Positions 29,218 to 40,000 are shown, counted from the first letter of the stretch. The stretch is DNA of 64,000 nucleotides from an uncultured bacterium (GCA_963822585.1 CAWGIE010000017.1:32001-96000); one strand, 5' to 3'. Numbers and translations: made by a program. Notes: generated by a model from the sequence alone, not told the origin.

Positions 29218-30057
29218 ATGGAGAAGGTCAGCGCAATCGTCATCTGCAACAACCGGGAAAAGGAGATCGGCCCCTGCCTGAAGAGCCTGCGCTTCGCCGA
29301 CGAGGTGGTGGTGGTCGATTCCTTCAGCACCGACGGCACGCCGGCGGTGGCCCGGGCTCTCGCCGACCGCTTTTACCAGAGGACGTTCCGTTTCCACGGT
29401 AATCAGAAGAACTGGGCGATCGAGCGAACGTCGCACCCCTGGATCGTGGCCATCGACTCAGACGAGGTCGTCCCCGATGATCTCCGGGACGAGATTCTCC
29501 GGACGCTGGAAAGCCCCGCCGCCGACATCTACCGGGTCTACCGGAGGAACTTTCTCTTCGGCCGGGAGATGAAACACGCCGCCTGGAGGACCGACACCGT
29601 GGCCATCCTTTTCCGGAAGGATCGGTACCGGTTCCTGACCGCCGCCCTCCACTCCGATCTCGTCCCCCCGGGGAAACCCGCTTATCTGAAATCCCGGCTC
29701 ATTCACCATCCCCACCGCTCGATCGATGAATTCGTCAGGAAGTCGAGCAGCTACGCCGCCGGGACGGCGCTCAAGTATTTCCGGGAAGGACAGCGGGGGG
29801 CGGCGGTGAGGATGTTTCTTCACCCCTGTTTCAATTTCCTGAAAAACTACGTTTTCCGGCGGGGATTCCTCGACGGCGCCCCCGGGTTGATCAGCGCCGT
29901 CCTCTCCTCCGGCTACGTGGCCGAGAAGTATGCCCGGCTTTGGGAGCTCGAACAGAGAAAGAAGGAAGGAGGGGAGGGGATGGAGTCGGCTCCTCGGCCG
30001 GATGAAGACGATAACGCCGGTAACCCCCGACCGATATTCAAAGCTGAGAATGAGTAA
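29218..30057 (+). CDS. Glycosyltransferase family 2 (WaaE/LgtF-like)
   Basis: VVDSFSTDGT, QKNWA, IDSDE, RRGFLDG. Confidence 0.92.
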   Translation: MEKVSAIVICNNREKEIGPCLKSLRFADEVVVVDSFSTDGTPAVARALADRFYQRTFRFHGNQKNWAIERTSHPWIVAIDSDEVVPDDLRDEILRTLESPAADIYRVYRRNFLFGREMKHAAWRTDTVAILFRKDRYRFLTAALHSDLVPPGKPAYLKSRLIHHPHRSIDEFVRKSSSYAAGTALKYFREGQRGAAVRMFLHPCFNFLKNYVFRRGFLDGAPGLISAVLSSGYVAEKYARLWELEQRKKEGGEGMESAPRPDEDDNAGNPRPIFKAENE

Positions 30058-30125
30058 TCTTCCCGGTCTGGATCCGATTTATTCATCAGTTATTTTTTCT
30101 GCGGAAAAATAATAGATAGGTCAAT

Positions 30126-30156
30126 TATAAATTAGCGCCGAAGGCGCTAATTTATA
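30126..30156. terminator. Perfect 14-bp hairpin between convergent genes
   Basis: TATAAATTAGCGCC-GAA-GGCGCTAATTTATA. Confidence 0.65.
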
Positions 30157-30586
30157 GAGGGAGGTATTGTTGGACCGTCGCCACCAACTTACGGTGATCG
30201 ACGGGTTTGACGAGGTATTCCGCGGCCCCCAGTTCGAAAGCTCTGTCGATGTCCCCCAGCTTATCCTTGGCGGTGAGGAAAATGATGGGGATATCTTTAA
30301 ACTCGCCGTACTCCTTGACCAGTTCGCAGAATTCCAGGCCGTTGATCCCGGCCATGGTAATATCGAGGATAATCAGGTCTACCGGCGTTGCACTGAGCTT
30401 GTCCAACCCCTGCTCGCCGCTGGTCGCCGAGACAACGTCATAACCGGTCCCCTTGAGCAGGAAAGTCAAGACGGAAACAGTGGGCCGGTCATCATCGACG
30501 ATCAATATCCTTTTTTTTGTTGGAGATGCGTTCACGGGGTGTGTCAGGTTGGTTTTGGTTGGCAGTTGAATAATCAGGGCTAACAT
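30152..30586 (-). CDS. Single-domain response regulator
   Basis: ILIVDDD, LIILDITM, FLTAK, YLVKP. Confidence 0.92.
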   Translation of the reverse strand: MLALIIQLPTKTNLTHPVNASPTKKRILIVDDDRPTVSVLTFLLKGTGYDVVSATSGEQGLDKLSATPVDLIILDITMAGINGLEFCELVKEYGEFKDIPIIFLTAKDKLGDIDRAFELGAAEYLVKPVDHRKLVATVQQYLPL

Positions 30587-33039
30587 GAAATGTTTATCGT
30601 TTCCGTCTTCAGAGTGGCTTGGATTATCTTCAACAGTTCGTTCACGTTAAACGGCTTGGCCAGAGTCGGGATGGCGCCGGCCGCGCCTTTTGTTAATCTC
30701 ATCTCGTCAATATCATGGGCCGATATCAAAAGTAAAGGGATATTCGCGGTCCGGGGATCGCGTTTCAGCCGCTCAATGACTTCATAGCCGCTCATCTCCG
30801 GCATGATCATGTCGAGAATAACCATATCCGGAGTTTCCCGCCCAAGAATCTCCATCGCCTCCATGCCGTCGTAAGCTTTGAGAGGCTTGACTTTCTCCAG
30901 CGTGAGCAGCCGGCTGATAACGCCCACGACATCCTCGTTGTCGTCCGTCACCAGGACCGAGCGCTCTCTCCGGGAACTGATGGCCAAAGGCCGGGCCTCC
31001 CGGAACCGCTCGCGGAGCATGCCCATCAGAGAGGCTTCGGTGGTATCCGCGGCCGGTGCCCCCGCGCCGGCGACGGATAGTTCAAGATCGACCGGTTTCC
31101 CGTTGAGGAGGAACTGTATCTTTCTCAGGCGACTGAGAAGATGTTCCGGGATCTCCTCCCCTGGTTTTCCCCGCAGAATGCCGACGAACTCCCCGGTATT
31201 TTCCAGATCCCAAAAGTGCACCGGGGGTGTGGGGATTTCGCCGATGATCACGGAAAGTTGCTCCAGGAAGGGTTTTATTTTTTCCCCGACCTGCTCTTTC
31301 AACGCCTCCGTCTGTTTCAGTCTGATGCCGAGCATGCTGATCTCTTCTTGCGCTTTTCGAGCCTGCTCGATCTCGTCCCGGAGGCGCTCCCTGAAGAGGT
31401 TTTCATTCTTGTAATCGGGCAGTCGGAAAGAAACCCGGGTTCCCCGGCCCGGCTCGCTTTCCGCCCAGATCTTACCCTCGTGCATCTCCACCAGTATTCG
31501 GGCGATGGCCAGCCCGAGTCCGCTGCCCTCGGTCCCGCCCTTGGGATTGTTCCCCAGCCGGGTGAATTTATTGAATATCCGGGACAGGTCCTGGCGGGGA
31601 ATCCCGACCCCGGTGTCGGAAACGGTGCATCTGACGTACCCTTGCTCGGGGTGTACCTCTACTCCGATCCTTCCTCCGGGAAGGGTGTGTTGCAGGGCGT
31701 TGCCGATCAGGTTGGAGAGGATCTGGCCGATCCGGTCCGGGTCCGCCAGCACCCGGGGATTATTCTCTGCCGCCGTGATTTTTATTTCCAGCCCCTGTTC
31801 CCGGATGGCCCCCTCAAAATGGCCGGCCGTTTTTTCGATCACCTCCACGATGTCGACGAATGATTTTTGAAGCTGAACCCTGCCGGTCTCGATCTTCGAG
31901 ACGTCGAGGAGGTTATTCACGATCCGGGTCATGCGGTCGATCTCACCCATGGTCAGCGAAAGAATTTCTTCCTGGTTCGGGTTCAACGCTCCCTGGATAC
32001 CGTCCACGATCTGTCCCACCCCGATTTTCATCGAGGAGAGAGGGGTGCGAAGTTCGTGGGAGACGGTCGCGATGAACTCGTCTTTCAACTGTTCCAGCTT
32101 TTTGCGTTCGGTCATGTCCCGTAAAGAGGCGATGTGGGCGATATCGTCCTCCCAGGTAATCGGCGACACCATCATCTCCGCGGTGATCTTTTCCCCTGCC
32201 TCTCGGGCGATAGCGATCTCGGTCGTACCCCCCTCCACCAGTGGGATCCCGAACGATTTCCCCACGAACTCCTCCGCTTTTCTCTCGAAGAGCGCTTCTC
32301 CGGCCGGGTTGACGAAACGGACGATCCCGTTTTTATCCACGATGATGATGGCGTCCACCATCATGGTGATGATATTCCGGAGATTGGTCTGCGCGGATGC
32401 CAATGATTGAAAAACCTGGCGCCGATTGTCGATCTCCTGCCGGAGACGCTTGTTGGCCCGGAGCAGTTCGGCGGTTCGCTCCTGGACGAGAACGTCCAGA
32501 TCGTCTCTGTTCTTCCGGATGGTCTCGACCGCTTTTCGGTGTTCGGTAATGTCCTCCAGGCTTCCCTCGTAAGATCTGACCGATCCCCGGTTGTCCGGGT
32601 TTGCCCGGGTATTTTCCCGGTACCAGGCGACCGATCCGTCTTGTCTCCGGCGCCGGCTTTCAAAATTAATCACGCGTCCGTCTCGATTCATCAGGTCCAG
32701 CCATCGACGGTGATCAGCGGCATCCACGTATAAACAGCGGGCATCGGTGTTGATGAGAGACTTCCGGTCCGGGTAACCCAGCAGTTCCACCAGGGCGGTA
32801 TTGACGTCCATGAATGCGAAATCCGGTGTGAGCCGAAAGAGGCCGATCGGCATCCCGCTGAAAAGGTGGTGGTGACGCTTTTCCGCATTCCGGCGCTCCC
32901 GGCGCCGGCGGATAATGCTGCGGATCGAGCGCACCGCGGCGGTGAGCAGGGGTATCTGCTTCAGTGATTGGGAAGAAAAGGCATCGGTATGAAGCAGCCT
33001 GATCGGGGCGATTGTATTCCTGGCGGAAGGTAGATTCAT
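30580..33039 (-). CDS. Hybrid sensor kinase: PAS-PAS-HisKA-HATPase-degenerate GGDEF-like-REC
   Basis: VSHELRTPL, NLIGNA, DTGVGI, GSGLGL; C-terminal receiver VILDMIMP. Confidence 0.92.
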   Translation of the reverse strand: MNLPSARNTIAPIRLLHTDAFSSQSLKQIPLLTAAVRSIRSIIRRRRERRNAEKRHHHLFSGMPIGLFRLTPDFAFMDVNTALVELLGYPDRKSLINTDARCLYVDAADHRRWLDLMNRDGRVINFESRRRRQDGSVAWYRENTRANPDNRGSVRSYEGSLEDITEHRKAVETIRKNRDDLDVLVQERTAELLRANKRLRQEIDNRRQVFQSLASAQTNLRNIITMMVDAIIIVDKNGIVRFVNPAGEALFERKAEEFVGKSFGIPLVEGGTTEIAIAREAGEKITAEMMVSPITWEDDIAHIASLRDMTERKKLEQLKDEFIATVSHELRTPLSSMKIGVGQIVDGIQGALNPNQEEILSLTMGEIDRMTRIVNNLLDVSKIETGRVQLQKSFVDIVEVIEKTAGHFEGAIREQGLEIKITAAENNPRVLADPDRIGQILSNLIGNALQHTLPGGRIGVEVHPEQGYVRCTVSDTGVGIPRQDLSRIFNKFTRLGNNPKGGTEGSGLGLAIARILVEMHEGKIWAESEPGRGTRVSFRLPDYKNENLFRERLRDEIEQARKAQEEISMLGIRLKQTEALKEQVGEKIKPFLEQLSVIIGEIPTPPVHFWDLENTGEFVGILRGKPGEEIPEHLLSRLRKIQFLLNGKPVDLELSVAGAGAPAADTTEASLMGMLRERFREARPLAISSRRERSVLVTDDNEDVVGVISRLLTLEKVKPLKAYDGMEAMEILGRETPDMVILDMIMPEMSGYEVIERLKRDPRTANIPLLLISAHDIDEMRLTKGAAGAIPTLAKPFNVNELLKIIQATLKTETINISC

Positions 33040-33431
33040 AGCGGTGATCGTTTAGAAAAATGGGACCGTGAGTATCTCTTAATCTGGCAGCTGCTAATTG
33101 GCAGATTGTCAGGAGGTCGCGGAAACTTGTCAAGCATCCGGGAAATAAAGGGCACTTCGGTAAAACACGATCGGAAGGTCTGTTCGGGGCGGGCCTAATT
33201 GGTCGAGGGGTCATAACTTACGATTTTTTCGAGGAAGCTCTATCTGTGCGGGTTCAGAATCCGGAAGATAGTTTCTCAGTAAGCAGACCGGGAAGGAATT
33301 GTCACCGATGAATAAGATTGACATATGTGCTCCGTCCCCCTATCGCATGGTAAAATGAAGAAAAGCCTGGAAAAATAAGGAAAATAAGATACTATTTCGA
33401 AAAATATTCCGACTCGGACCGGAGGGAATCA

Positions 33432-34088
33432 ATGACCTTACCCGAAATATTAACGATCGAGGAAGTGGCCGAATATCTGCGCGTCTCGGAGAGGACCGTC
33501 TACGATTGGGCGCAGAAAGGAGAAATACCGGCCGGTAAACTGGGCTCTTCATGGCGTTTCAAGCGAACCGATATTCAGCGATGGGCTGAAGAGAAGATCG
33601 GGGTGGATAAAAGAGACGTCCCCCAGCCCGGCATGTTGTTCAGCGACATACTCAAGCGGGATCGCATTATCCTGCTCAAGAAACGCGATAAAAAAGGGAT
33701 ACTGATGGAACTGATCGATTGCCTGAGCGCCGCGCCGGAAATCACGGATCGCGAGGAATTGGCCCGGGCCATCTTCCGTCGGGAAGAACTGATGAGTACG
33801 GGGATCGGCCTCGGCATCGCCGTCCCCCACGTCCGTCTGGAGTCGGTCAAAGGGCTGGTGATGGCTATCGGGATCAGCCACGCCGGCATTATCGATTATG
33901 ACTCCCTGGACGGGGCTCCTGTTCATATCGTCTGTATGATCGCGACGGGGAGGTATCAGCACGCGCAGTATCTGAAGACACTGGCGGCAATCAGCGGACG
34001 TTTAAAAGATCAGGCTTTTCGTGATCTACTCCTGGCCGCCCCCGACACGGAGACGATTTACCGGCTTTTGATCGATAAGGGAGACTGA
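33432..34088 (+). CDS. Excisionase-like HTH fused to a PTS EIIA (Ntr/Fru-type) domain
   Basis: LTIEEVAEYLRVSERTVYDWAQKGEIPAGKLGSSWRF; REELMSTGIGLGIAVPH. Confidence 0.92.
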   Translation: MTLPEILTIEEVAEYLRVSERTVYDWAQKGEIPAGKLGSSWRFKRTDIQRWAEEKIGVDKRDVPQPGMLFSDILKRDRIILLKKRDKKGILMELIDCLSAAPEITDREELARAIFRREELMSTGIGLGIAVPHVRLESVKGLVMAIGISHAGIIDYDSLDGAPVHIVCMIATGRYQHAQYLKTLAAISGRLKDQAFRDLLLAAPDTETIYRLLIDKGD

Positions 34089-34091
34089 CCG

Positions 34092-35768
34092 TTGGGAACG
34101 ATCGATCTCGGCGTTTTATTTATCCTGGGAATCGGCGCCTTCGGGGGGATTCTGGGAGCAAGCCTTTTTCAGTACTTCCGGATCCCCCAGGTGGTGGGAT
34201 ACATCGCCATCGGGCTGCTCATCGGCCAGAGCGGCATCGGCCTGGTCGACCAGGAAGATATCGCATCCCTGCGGTTGTTTAACCTATTCGCCCTGGGCCT
34301 GATCGGGTTCATGGTCGGGGGCGAGCTCCGCGCCGATACCCTGCGGAGGTATAAAAAGCAGTTCATGGCCATTCTCCTCGGGGAAGGGCTGGGGGCATTT
34401 TTCCTGACCGGGCTGGTGACCGGCGGGGCGGTCTGGCTGGTGACTCACAACAGCACGGTCGCGCTCGCGGCCGGGATTGTCTTCGGAGCAATCGCTTCCG
34501 CCACCGACCCGGCTTCCACCATCGACGTGCTCCGGGAATATCGCGCCCGCGGAGCGCTCACCACCACCCTGATCGCGATTGTCGCTCTTGATGACGCCCT
34601 CGCCATGACGCTGTACGGACTGGGAACCAGTACGGCGGAACTTCTCACGGGAGGGACGATCTCGGTCAGGGAGGTGGCGCTCAAGATCGGGATCGAACTC
34701 TTCGGGGCCGTGGTTCTGGGATTCCTGCTGGGGGTGCTGCTGAACTTCATCTTTCGCTGGATGCGGCAGAAAGAAAAAACCCTGGGAACGGCGCTGGGAG
34801 CGATCCTGGTGGCGATCGGCCTCGCCGTGGCCATGGATATGGACATCATCATGGCGACCATGGCGCTGGGTGTTACGCTGAGCAATCTCGCTCCCCGGCG
34901 GAGCAAGGAGTTATTCTCGCTTGCCCACAGCTTCTCCAGTCCCATCTATGTTATTTTCTTCGTCCTGGTCGGCGCCCGGCTGGACATTACCCGGATGCCG
35001 TTCTGGCTCTGGGGAATCGTCGGGCTGTATGTCATCGGCCGGAGCCTGGGGAAGATGGGCGGCGCGTACTGGGGAGCGCGGATGATGGGAGCCCCCCGGG
35101 AGGTCCGGCGATACGGAGGGCTGGGGCTTTTCGCCCAGGGCGGGATTGCGGTCGGGCTTTCGATCATGGCCAGTCACCATCTCGGCGCCATCCCGTTCAC
35201 TTCCGGGATGACGCTGGGAGACATGGTTATCTTTACGGTGACCGCGACCACCCTGATCGTTCAAATCATGGGGCCTCCCCTGGTCAAACTGGCGGTAAAA
35301 AAGGCGAACGAGATCGGACGCAACGTGACCGAGGAGGACATCCTGGCGCAGTGGACGGTCAGGGAAGTGATGGATGAGGAAACCTCGCTGATCAGGGAGG
35401 AAGAACCCGTAACCGGGATTATCCGGACCTTTTCCGAACATGACATCACGTCCTATCCGGTTGTTGAGGTCGGCAACAAAATTATCGGAATAATCACGCT
35501 GGATAGAATTAAGAACGTGCTTGCCAACCAGGACACCTGGAAATGGCTGGTCGCCTCCGATGTCATGATACCGGTCAAAGAAAGAGTGACCGCGTCCACC
35601 AGTCTGAAGGATGCCGTTGAACTGATGGAGCAGCTGAAGTTTGAGCAGATCCCGGTGGTGCAAAGCTCCGACGACGATCGGGCGGTGGGTGTGCTTGATC
35701 TGCATAAAGTAAAAAAGCTGATCGGTGAAGAGGTCTTGCGGCGGCAGAATCAAATTGTGTCTTCCTGA
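34092..35768 (+). CDS. Cation:proton antiporter with C-terminal CBS pair
   Basis: IPQVVGYI, ATDPAST, ALDDA, FFVLVGA; two CBS motifs. Confidence 0.92.
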   Translation: MGTIDLGVLFILGIGAFGGILGASLFQYFRIPQVVGYIAIGLLIGQSGIGLVDQEDIASLRLFNLFALGLIGFMVGGELRADTLRRYKKQFMAILLGEGLGAFFLTGLVTGGAVWLVTHNSTVALAAGIVFGAIASATDPASTIDVLREYRARGALTTTLIAIVALDDALAMTLYGLGTSTAELLTGGTISVREVALKIGIELFGAVVLGFLLGVLLNFIFRWMRQKEKTLGTALGAILVAIGLAVAMDMDIIMATMALGVTLSNLAPRRSKELFSLAHSFSSPIYVIFFVLVGARLDITRMPFWLWGIVGLYVIGRSLGKMGGAYWGARMMGAPREVRRYGGLGLFAQGGIAVGLSIMASHHLGAIPFTSGMTLGDMVIFTVTATTLIVQIMGPPLVKLAVKKANEIGRNVTEEDILAQWTVREVMDEETSLIREEEPVTGIIRTFSEHDITSYPVVEVGNKIIGIITLDRIKNVLANQDTWKWLVASDVMIPVKERVTASTSLKDAVELMEQLKFEQIPVVQSSDDDRAVGVLDLHKVKKLIGEEVLRRQNQIVSS

Positions 35769-35818
35769 TATTCTGGAAACACACTTTTTAATTTTTTCTA
35801 TAGTCCGGTGGATAGAAA

Positions 35819-35945
35819 AGCCCGAAGGGTAGAACCCTTCGGGCTCATCTACGGGCATGATCCCGGTTGTTACCGGGAAGCGTGGTTGATCTGGGATTCC
35901 ATGAAGATCGCATTCCGGACGGTGAAAGATGGGCACCGGGAGATT
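35819..35945 (-). repeat. ~95-bp direct repeat, copy A, plus intrinsic terminator
   Basis: 35851-35945 matches 36695-36789; hairpin AGCCCGAAGGGT-AGA-ACCCTTCGGGCT with U tract on the minus strand. Confidence 0.85.
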
Positions 35946-35982
35946 TGCCCGGTTTGAATTATTCAAGTCTTCGAAGGTGTCT

Positions 35983-36324
35983 TTAGCCGAAAATCAATAC
36001 GCCAATTTTCTGAATGACTTCAGAAAATACGACTTCGGACACTTTACAATGGAAACTCGCGTTCCGGACTCGCCAGTCCAGACTCTTGACCTGGTCTGAA
36101 AGCACGACCCCCTCGACCTTCAGCCCCTTCGGAATGTTCACTTCGAAAGGATAGCCTTTGACCTTCGAGGTAATCGGGCAGAAAATCGCCAGACCGGTTT
36201 TCTCATTGTAAAGGGAAGAGGAGATAACCAGTGCCGGCCTTCTACCCGCCTGTTCGTGTCCGGCCTGAGGAGTGAAGGTAAGCCAGACCACATCACCGCG
36301 ATCGGGTACGTAGTCCTTTTTCAT
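35983..36324 (-). CDS. mazF: MazF/PemK endoribonuclease toxin
   Basis: PDRGDVVWL, GHEQAGRRPALVIS, CPITS, DQVKSLDW. Confidence 0.96.
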   Translation of the reverse strand: MKKDYVPDRGDVVWLTFTPQAGHEQAGRRPALVISSSLYNEKTGLAIFCPITSKVKGYPFEVNIPKGLKVEGVVLSDQVKSLDWRVRNASFHCKVSEVVFSEVIQKIGVLIFG

Positions 36325-36566
36325 TACCAGGACTCCCGTCCGACTGGTTCACCGGTTTCGACTTCGCCGTGAACATTTTCCGGGGTAATCCGGGCCACAA
36401 GTTTTTTGAGATCAAAGTCAGTTTTTCTGGTCGGTTTGGCCACAATCTCCCCGTTAGAAACGGCGATATCGACCAGAGATCCTTCCTGGATGTGAGCATC
36501 CATAGCCAGGACCTTGGGAATCCTCAGTGCCAGACTGTTCCCCCATTTTTGAATTTTGGTTTGCAT
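36324..36566 (-). CDS. mazE: MazE/AbrB-type antitoxin
   Basis: MQTKIQKWGNSLALRIP...ITPENVHGE; RBS GGAGG; TAATG coupling with mazF. Confidence 0.95.
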   Translation of the reverse strand: MQTKIQKWGNSLALRIPKVLAMDAHIQEGSLVDIAVSNGEIVAKPTRKTDFDLKKLVARITPENVHGEVETGEPVGRESW

Positions 36567-36587
36567 GAATAACCTCCGCGATATCAG

Positions 36588-36628
36588 GTATCTACAATGA
36601 AGATACAATGTTTACCAGGTGGATGCAA
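36588..36628 (-). promoter_or_regulatory. mazEF promoter with overlapping palindromic operator
   Basis: TTGCAT-17 bp-TATCTT; palindrome GTATCT-N7-AGATAC at 36588-36606. Confidence 0.65.
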
Positions 36629-36657
36629 GAGAATTTTCAAAGATGGGCAAGAAATAA

Positions 36658-36789
36658 AGCTCCCCCAGGGAAATGCTTTCCCCTGGGGGAGCTAACGGGC
36701 ATGATCCCGGTTGTTACCGGGAAGCGTGGTTGATCTGGGATTTCATCAAAATCGCCTTCCGGACGGTGAGGGACGGGCACCGGAAGATA
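36658..36789 (-). repeat. ~95-bp direct repeat, copy B, plus intrinsic terminator
   Basis: Hairpin AGCTCCCCCAGGG...CCCTGGGGGAGCT (36658-36693) abutting the repeat. Confidence 0.85.
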
Positions 36790-36803
36790 TGTCTTACTCC
36801 CGG

Positions 36804-37044
36804 CTAAAACGTCCGGGAATGACAATCCCAGCAAAAAATTTTGCAATTTGAGAGTGTATCACTGCCTGTACTTCGTTATAGGGTGAGCCTCCCAACGGCA
36901 TCTTTCTCCGGCTGTGCTGCCCTTATTGTCCCAAACGAGCTGCTTACCGCATCAGCCAGAATGGCCATGACTACCTCTCTTACACTCACAGCTTCCACCA
37001 GCATACCTCCATGCTTTGGAGACAGCATCTACAGAAAATGCCAT
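36804..37044 (-). pseudogene. Small HNH/zinc-finger endonuclease pseudogene
   Basis: MAFSVDAVSKAWRYAGGSCEC...HGHSG*CGKQLVW...WEAHPI, frameshift, then GSDTLSNCKIFCWDCHSRTF*. Confidence 0.8.
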
Positions 37045-37090
37045 GAGATCGCCACCTTTTTTAGTAATAATCAATAGAGACTCCCCTGAG

Positions 37091-40000
37091 TTACTTCCGC
37101 TGGTGAGGCAACGAAATCGTGGCGAGCACGGGGACAAGCAAGAGCGTAGCGGCGGTCGCGGAGAGCAGCCCCCCGATTACGGTTATCGCGAACGGCTGGA
37201 AAATCCGCGAACCGACGGCGGGGTTCACCGCGACCGGGATCAAGGCGAAAATCGTGGTCAGGGCCGTCATCAGAATCGGCCGCAGGCGAACGGAGGCGGC
37301 CGACCGCAGTGAATCGGATATAGTCTTTCCGGCCGCCCTCTGCCGATTCGAATAGTCGAGGAGAACGATCGCGTTGTTAACGGCGATCCCCACCAGCGCC
37401 AGGGCCCCCATCCCCACCGAAACGTCCAGCCCGACCTGGGTGATGGCCAAAAGCACGATCGCTCCCACCAGGGCCACGGGAATGGTAAAGAGAATGATCA
37501 AAGGCTGCAGCCAGGAGCGGAACTGCATCGCCATGATCAGGTAGATCAGCATGACGGCGGCCAGTCCGATCAGCCCGAAGTCCAGGACCGTTCGCTTCAT
37601 CACCTGGTACTGGCCGGTGAAAGCGATGCTGTAACCATCGGGGAGGGAGATGGCGGAGAACTTCTCCCGGAGCCGGTTCACGGCGGCCGGGATGCTGCCG
37701 TTAACCTCCGCCAGGATGGTGATTTCGCGCTCTCCGTTGAGGCGGGTAACCGCCGCCGGAAGATGGGTGACGCGCACGCCGGCCACCCGCCCCAACGGAA
37801 CTATCCGGCCGGAGGGGGTGGGGATGGAGATTCCCTCCAGCCAGTCGAGGGTGACATCCGGAGGGGTGTCGACCTTGACCAGGACCGGAATCTCCTGTTG
37901 CTGCCGCACGATGGTTGTCGCCTGAACGCCGAATCGAGCGGCCTGGATCGTCGCGAAGACATCGCCGGGGGAAATGCCGCAGCGCGCCAGTTCGACCGGA
38001 TCCGGCCGGACGATGATCTGCGGGCTTTTGATCTTTGTGTTGTTGACGATGTTGGCCAGGACGGGGTCCTGAGCCATGATCCCCTCCGCCTGGTCCGCCA
38101 ACGCCACCAGCTCGTTCATGTCGGGGCCGAAGATCGTCACTCCGAACAGCGCCGGCAGACCCGAGAGGCTTTCATCCATCTTTTCCTGGGTGGGCTGGTG
38201 ATACAGGAACGCCACTCCGGGGATCTGTTCGTACTCGCGCCGGAGAGCGGCCATTATCTCAGCCAGGGAGCGGGTCCGGACTGTACGCGGCTGGAGCTTC
38301 ATGGTGAGTTCGCCGCGGTTGACGCCCTCGACCTGGAAACCCCGTTCCGGCGATCCGGTCCGCCGATAGACGGTTTCGACATCCTCCTGGGACAGCGCCT
38401 GGCGTTCAAGTATGTCCCCGACCCGGTCGCTTTCCTTCAGGGACGTGCCCGGCGGCATGATGTATTCGATCAGGATCGCTCCCTCGTCGATGGCAGGTAA
38501 AACGTTCACGGGCCCCAGCCAGGCGGCGAGTCCGCCCAGCCCCAGGAGCAGTATCCCGAGAAGAATCGTCAACCCTCGGCGAGCAAAGGTAAAACCCAGC
38601 ACCCGCTGGAGACCGCCGTCGAGCCGGGCGAGCAGCCGCGAACCCAGTGCGCGCCGGGGGCCCATCAATCCCAGGTGTCCGAACATCATCGGCACGAAAG
38701 TCAGGGATACGGCGAGGGAGACCAGCAACGCGATGCTGACGACCAGCCCGAACGGCCGGGCAAAAAGCCCCGCTATGCCGCCCAGGAAGAGCAGAGGTGC
38801 AAAGGCCGCCACCGTGGTGAACGTTCCGGAGGCATCCGGCCCCGCGATCTCCAGCGCCCCGTCAATGGTGGCGGTCCGCCGGTTTTTCCCCGGCTGGAGG
38901 TGGCGCACGACATTTTCCGCCACCACAATCGCGTCATCGACTACCATGCCGACCGCCAGGGTCAGCGCCGAAAGAGTGATCACGTTGAGCGTCTGGCCGA
39001 ATGCCTGCATCAACGCCAACGCCGCCAGCAGCGTGATGGGAATAGTCGCGGTGACGATCAAGGTCGCCCGAAATGTCCCCATGAAGAAAAAGAGCACCGC
39101 CGTGGCGAGGATGGCGCCGACGATCAGATCGTAAAAGAGGGAATCACGGGCTTCGGTTACGATATCGGCCTGGTCGTAAAATTTTCTGACCTGGGCCCCC
39201 GGCGGCAGGAGCGCCTGGAGTTTCTCCAGTTCCCGATCGATGCCGCGGACGACGTCGATCGTACTGGCGTCGGGCTGCTTGCTCACGATGACCGCCACCG
39301 CCGGCAACCCATTGCCATGAACCTGGTAGTGCCGCGGAGCCAGGCCGGATCGGACCACGGCGATATCATTTATGAAGACGGAGGCGGCGCCGTCGGAAAT
39401 CACCGGGACGGCGAGAACGTCTTCGAGGGTCCGCAGCCGGCTGTCGCCGCGAATCGGATACTCCCGCGACCCTCGGTCAATGAAATCCGCCGGGACCGCC
39501 TGGTTGTACCGGGCCAGGGCGGCGGCCACATCACTTATGGTCAGGTGTTCCCGCGGTAACGCTGCCGGCCGGAGCTGGACTATAAACGCCGGCACGTCGC
39601 CGCCCAGGACCTCGACGCGGGATACCCCGTCCACGCTCATCAGCCGGCTGGCCAGGGTCATCTGCGCTATCGTGCGAAGATCCACCGGGCTCCCGCCCCC
39701 GTAAACCACGTAGCCGGCGACCTCTTGAAGAGTGGTGCCGATGTTCTCCAGGCGCGGTTTGACTCCGGCCGGCAGATCCCCCTGTATGGAGGATAGCTCC
39801 GCCTGGACGAGCTGGCGGGCGTCGGTCAGCCGGGTGCCCCAGACAAACTCGGCCGTAATCTGCGAGAGTCCCTCGATGGAGGTGGAGGATACGCGGTGGA
39901 CGCCGGGAATTGTCCGGATCCGCTCCTCGATCGGGCGGGTGATGAGCAGCTCCATGTCCTCGGCGGCCGTGCCGGGGTAGTGGGAGATAGCGTTCACTAC

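Noticed and set aside
33432..33600. Excisionase marking a prophage or ICE
   Set aside because: The HTH is fused to a PTS EIIA domain, and there are no integrase or phage genes nearby
35851..36789. Integron attC sites or a known riboswitch/ribozyme
   Set aside because: No RYYYAAC...GTTRRRY pair in both copies, no intI, and no consensus I could recognise; kept as an unexplained repeat
36952..36954. In-frame TGA as selenocysteine or recoding
   Set aside because: The position fits a CGA-to-TGA change, the gene has other lesions, and TGA is a normal stop throughout the window
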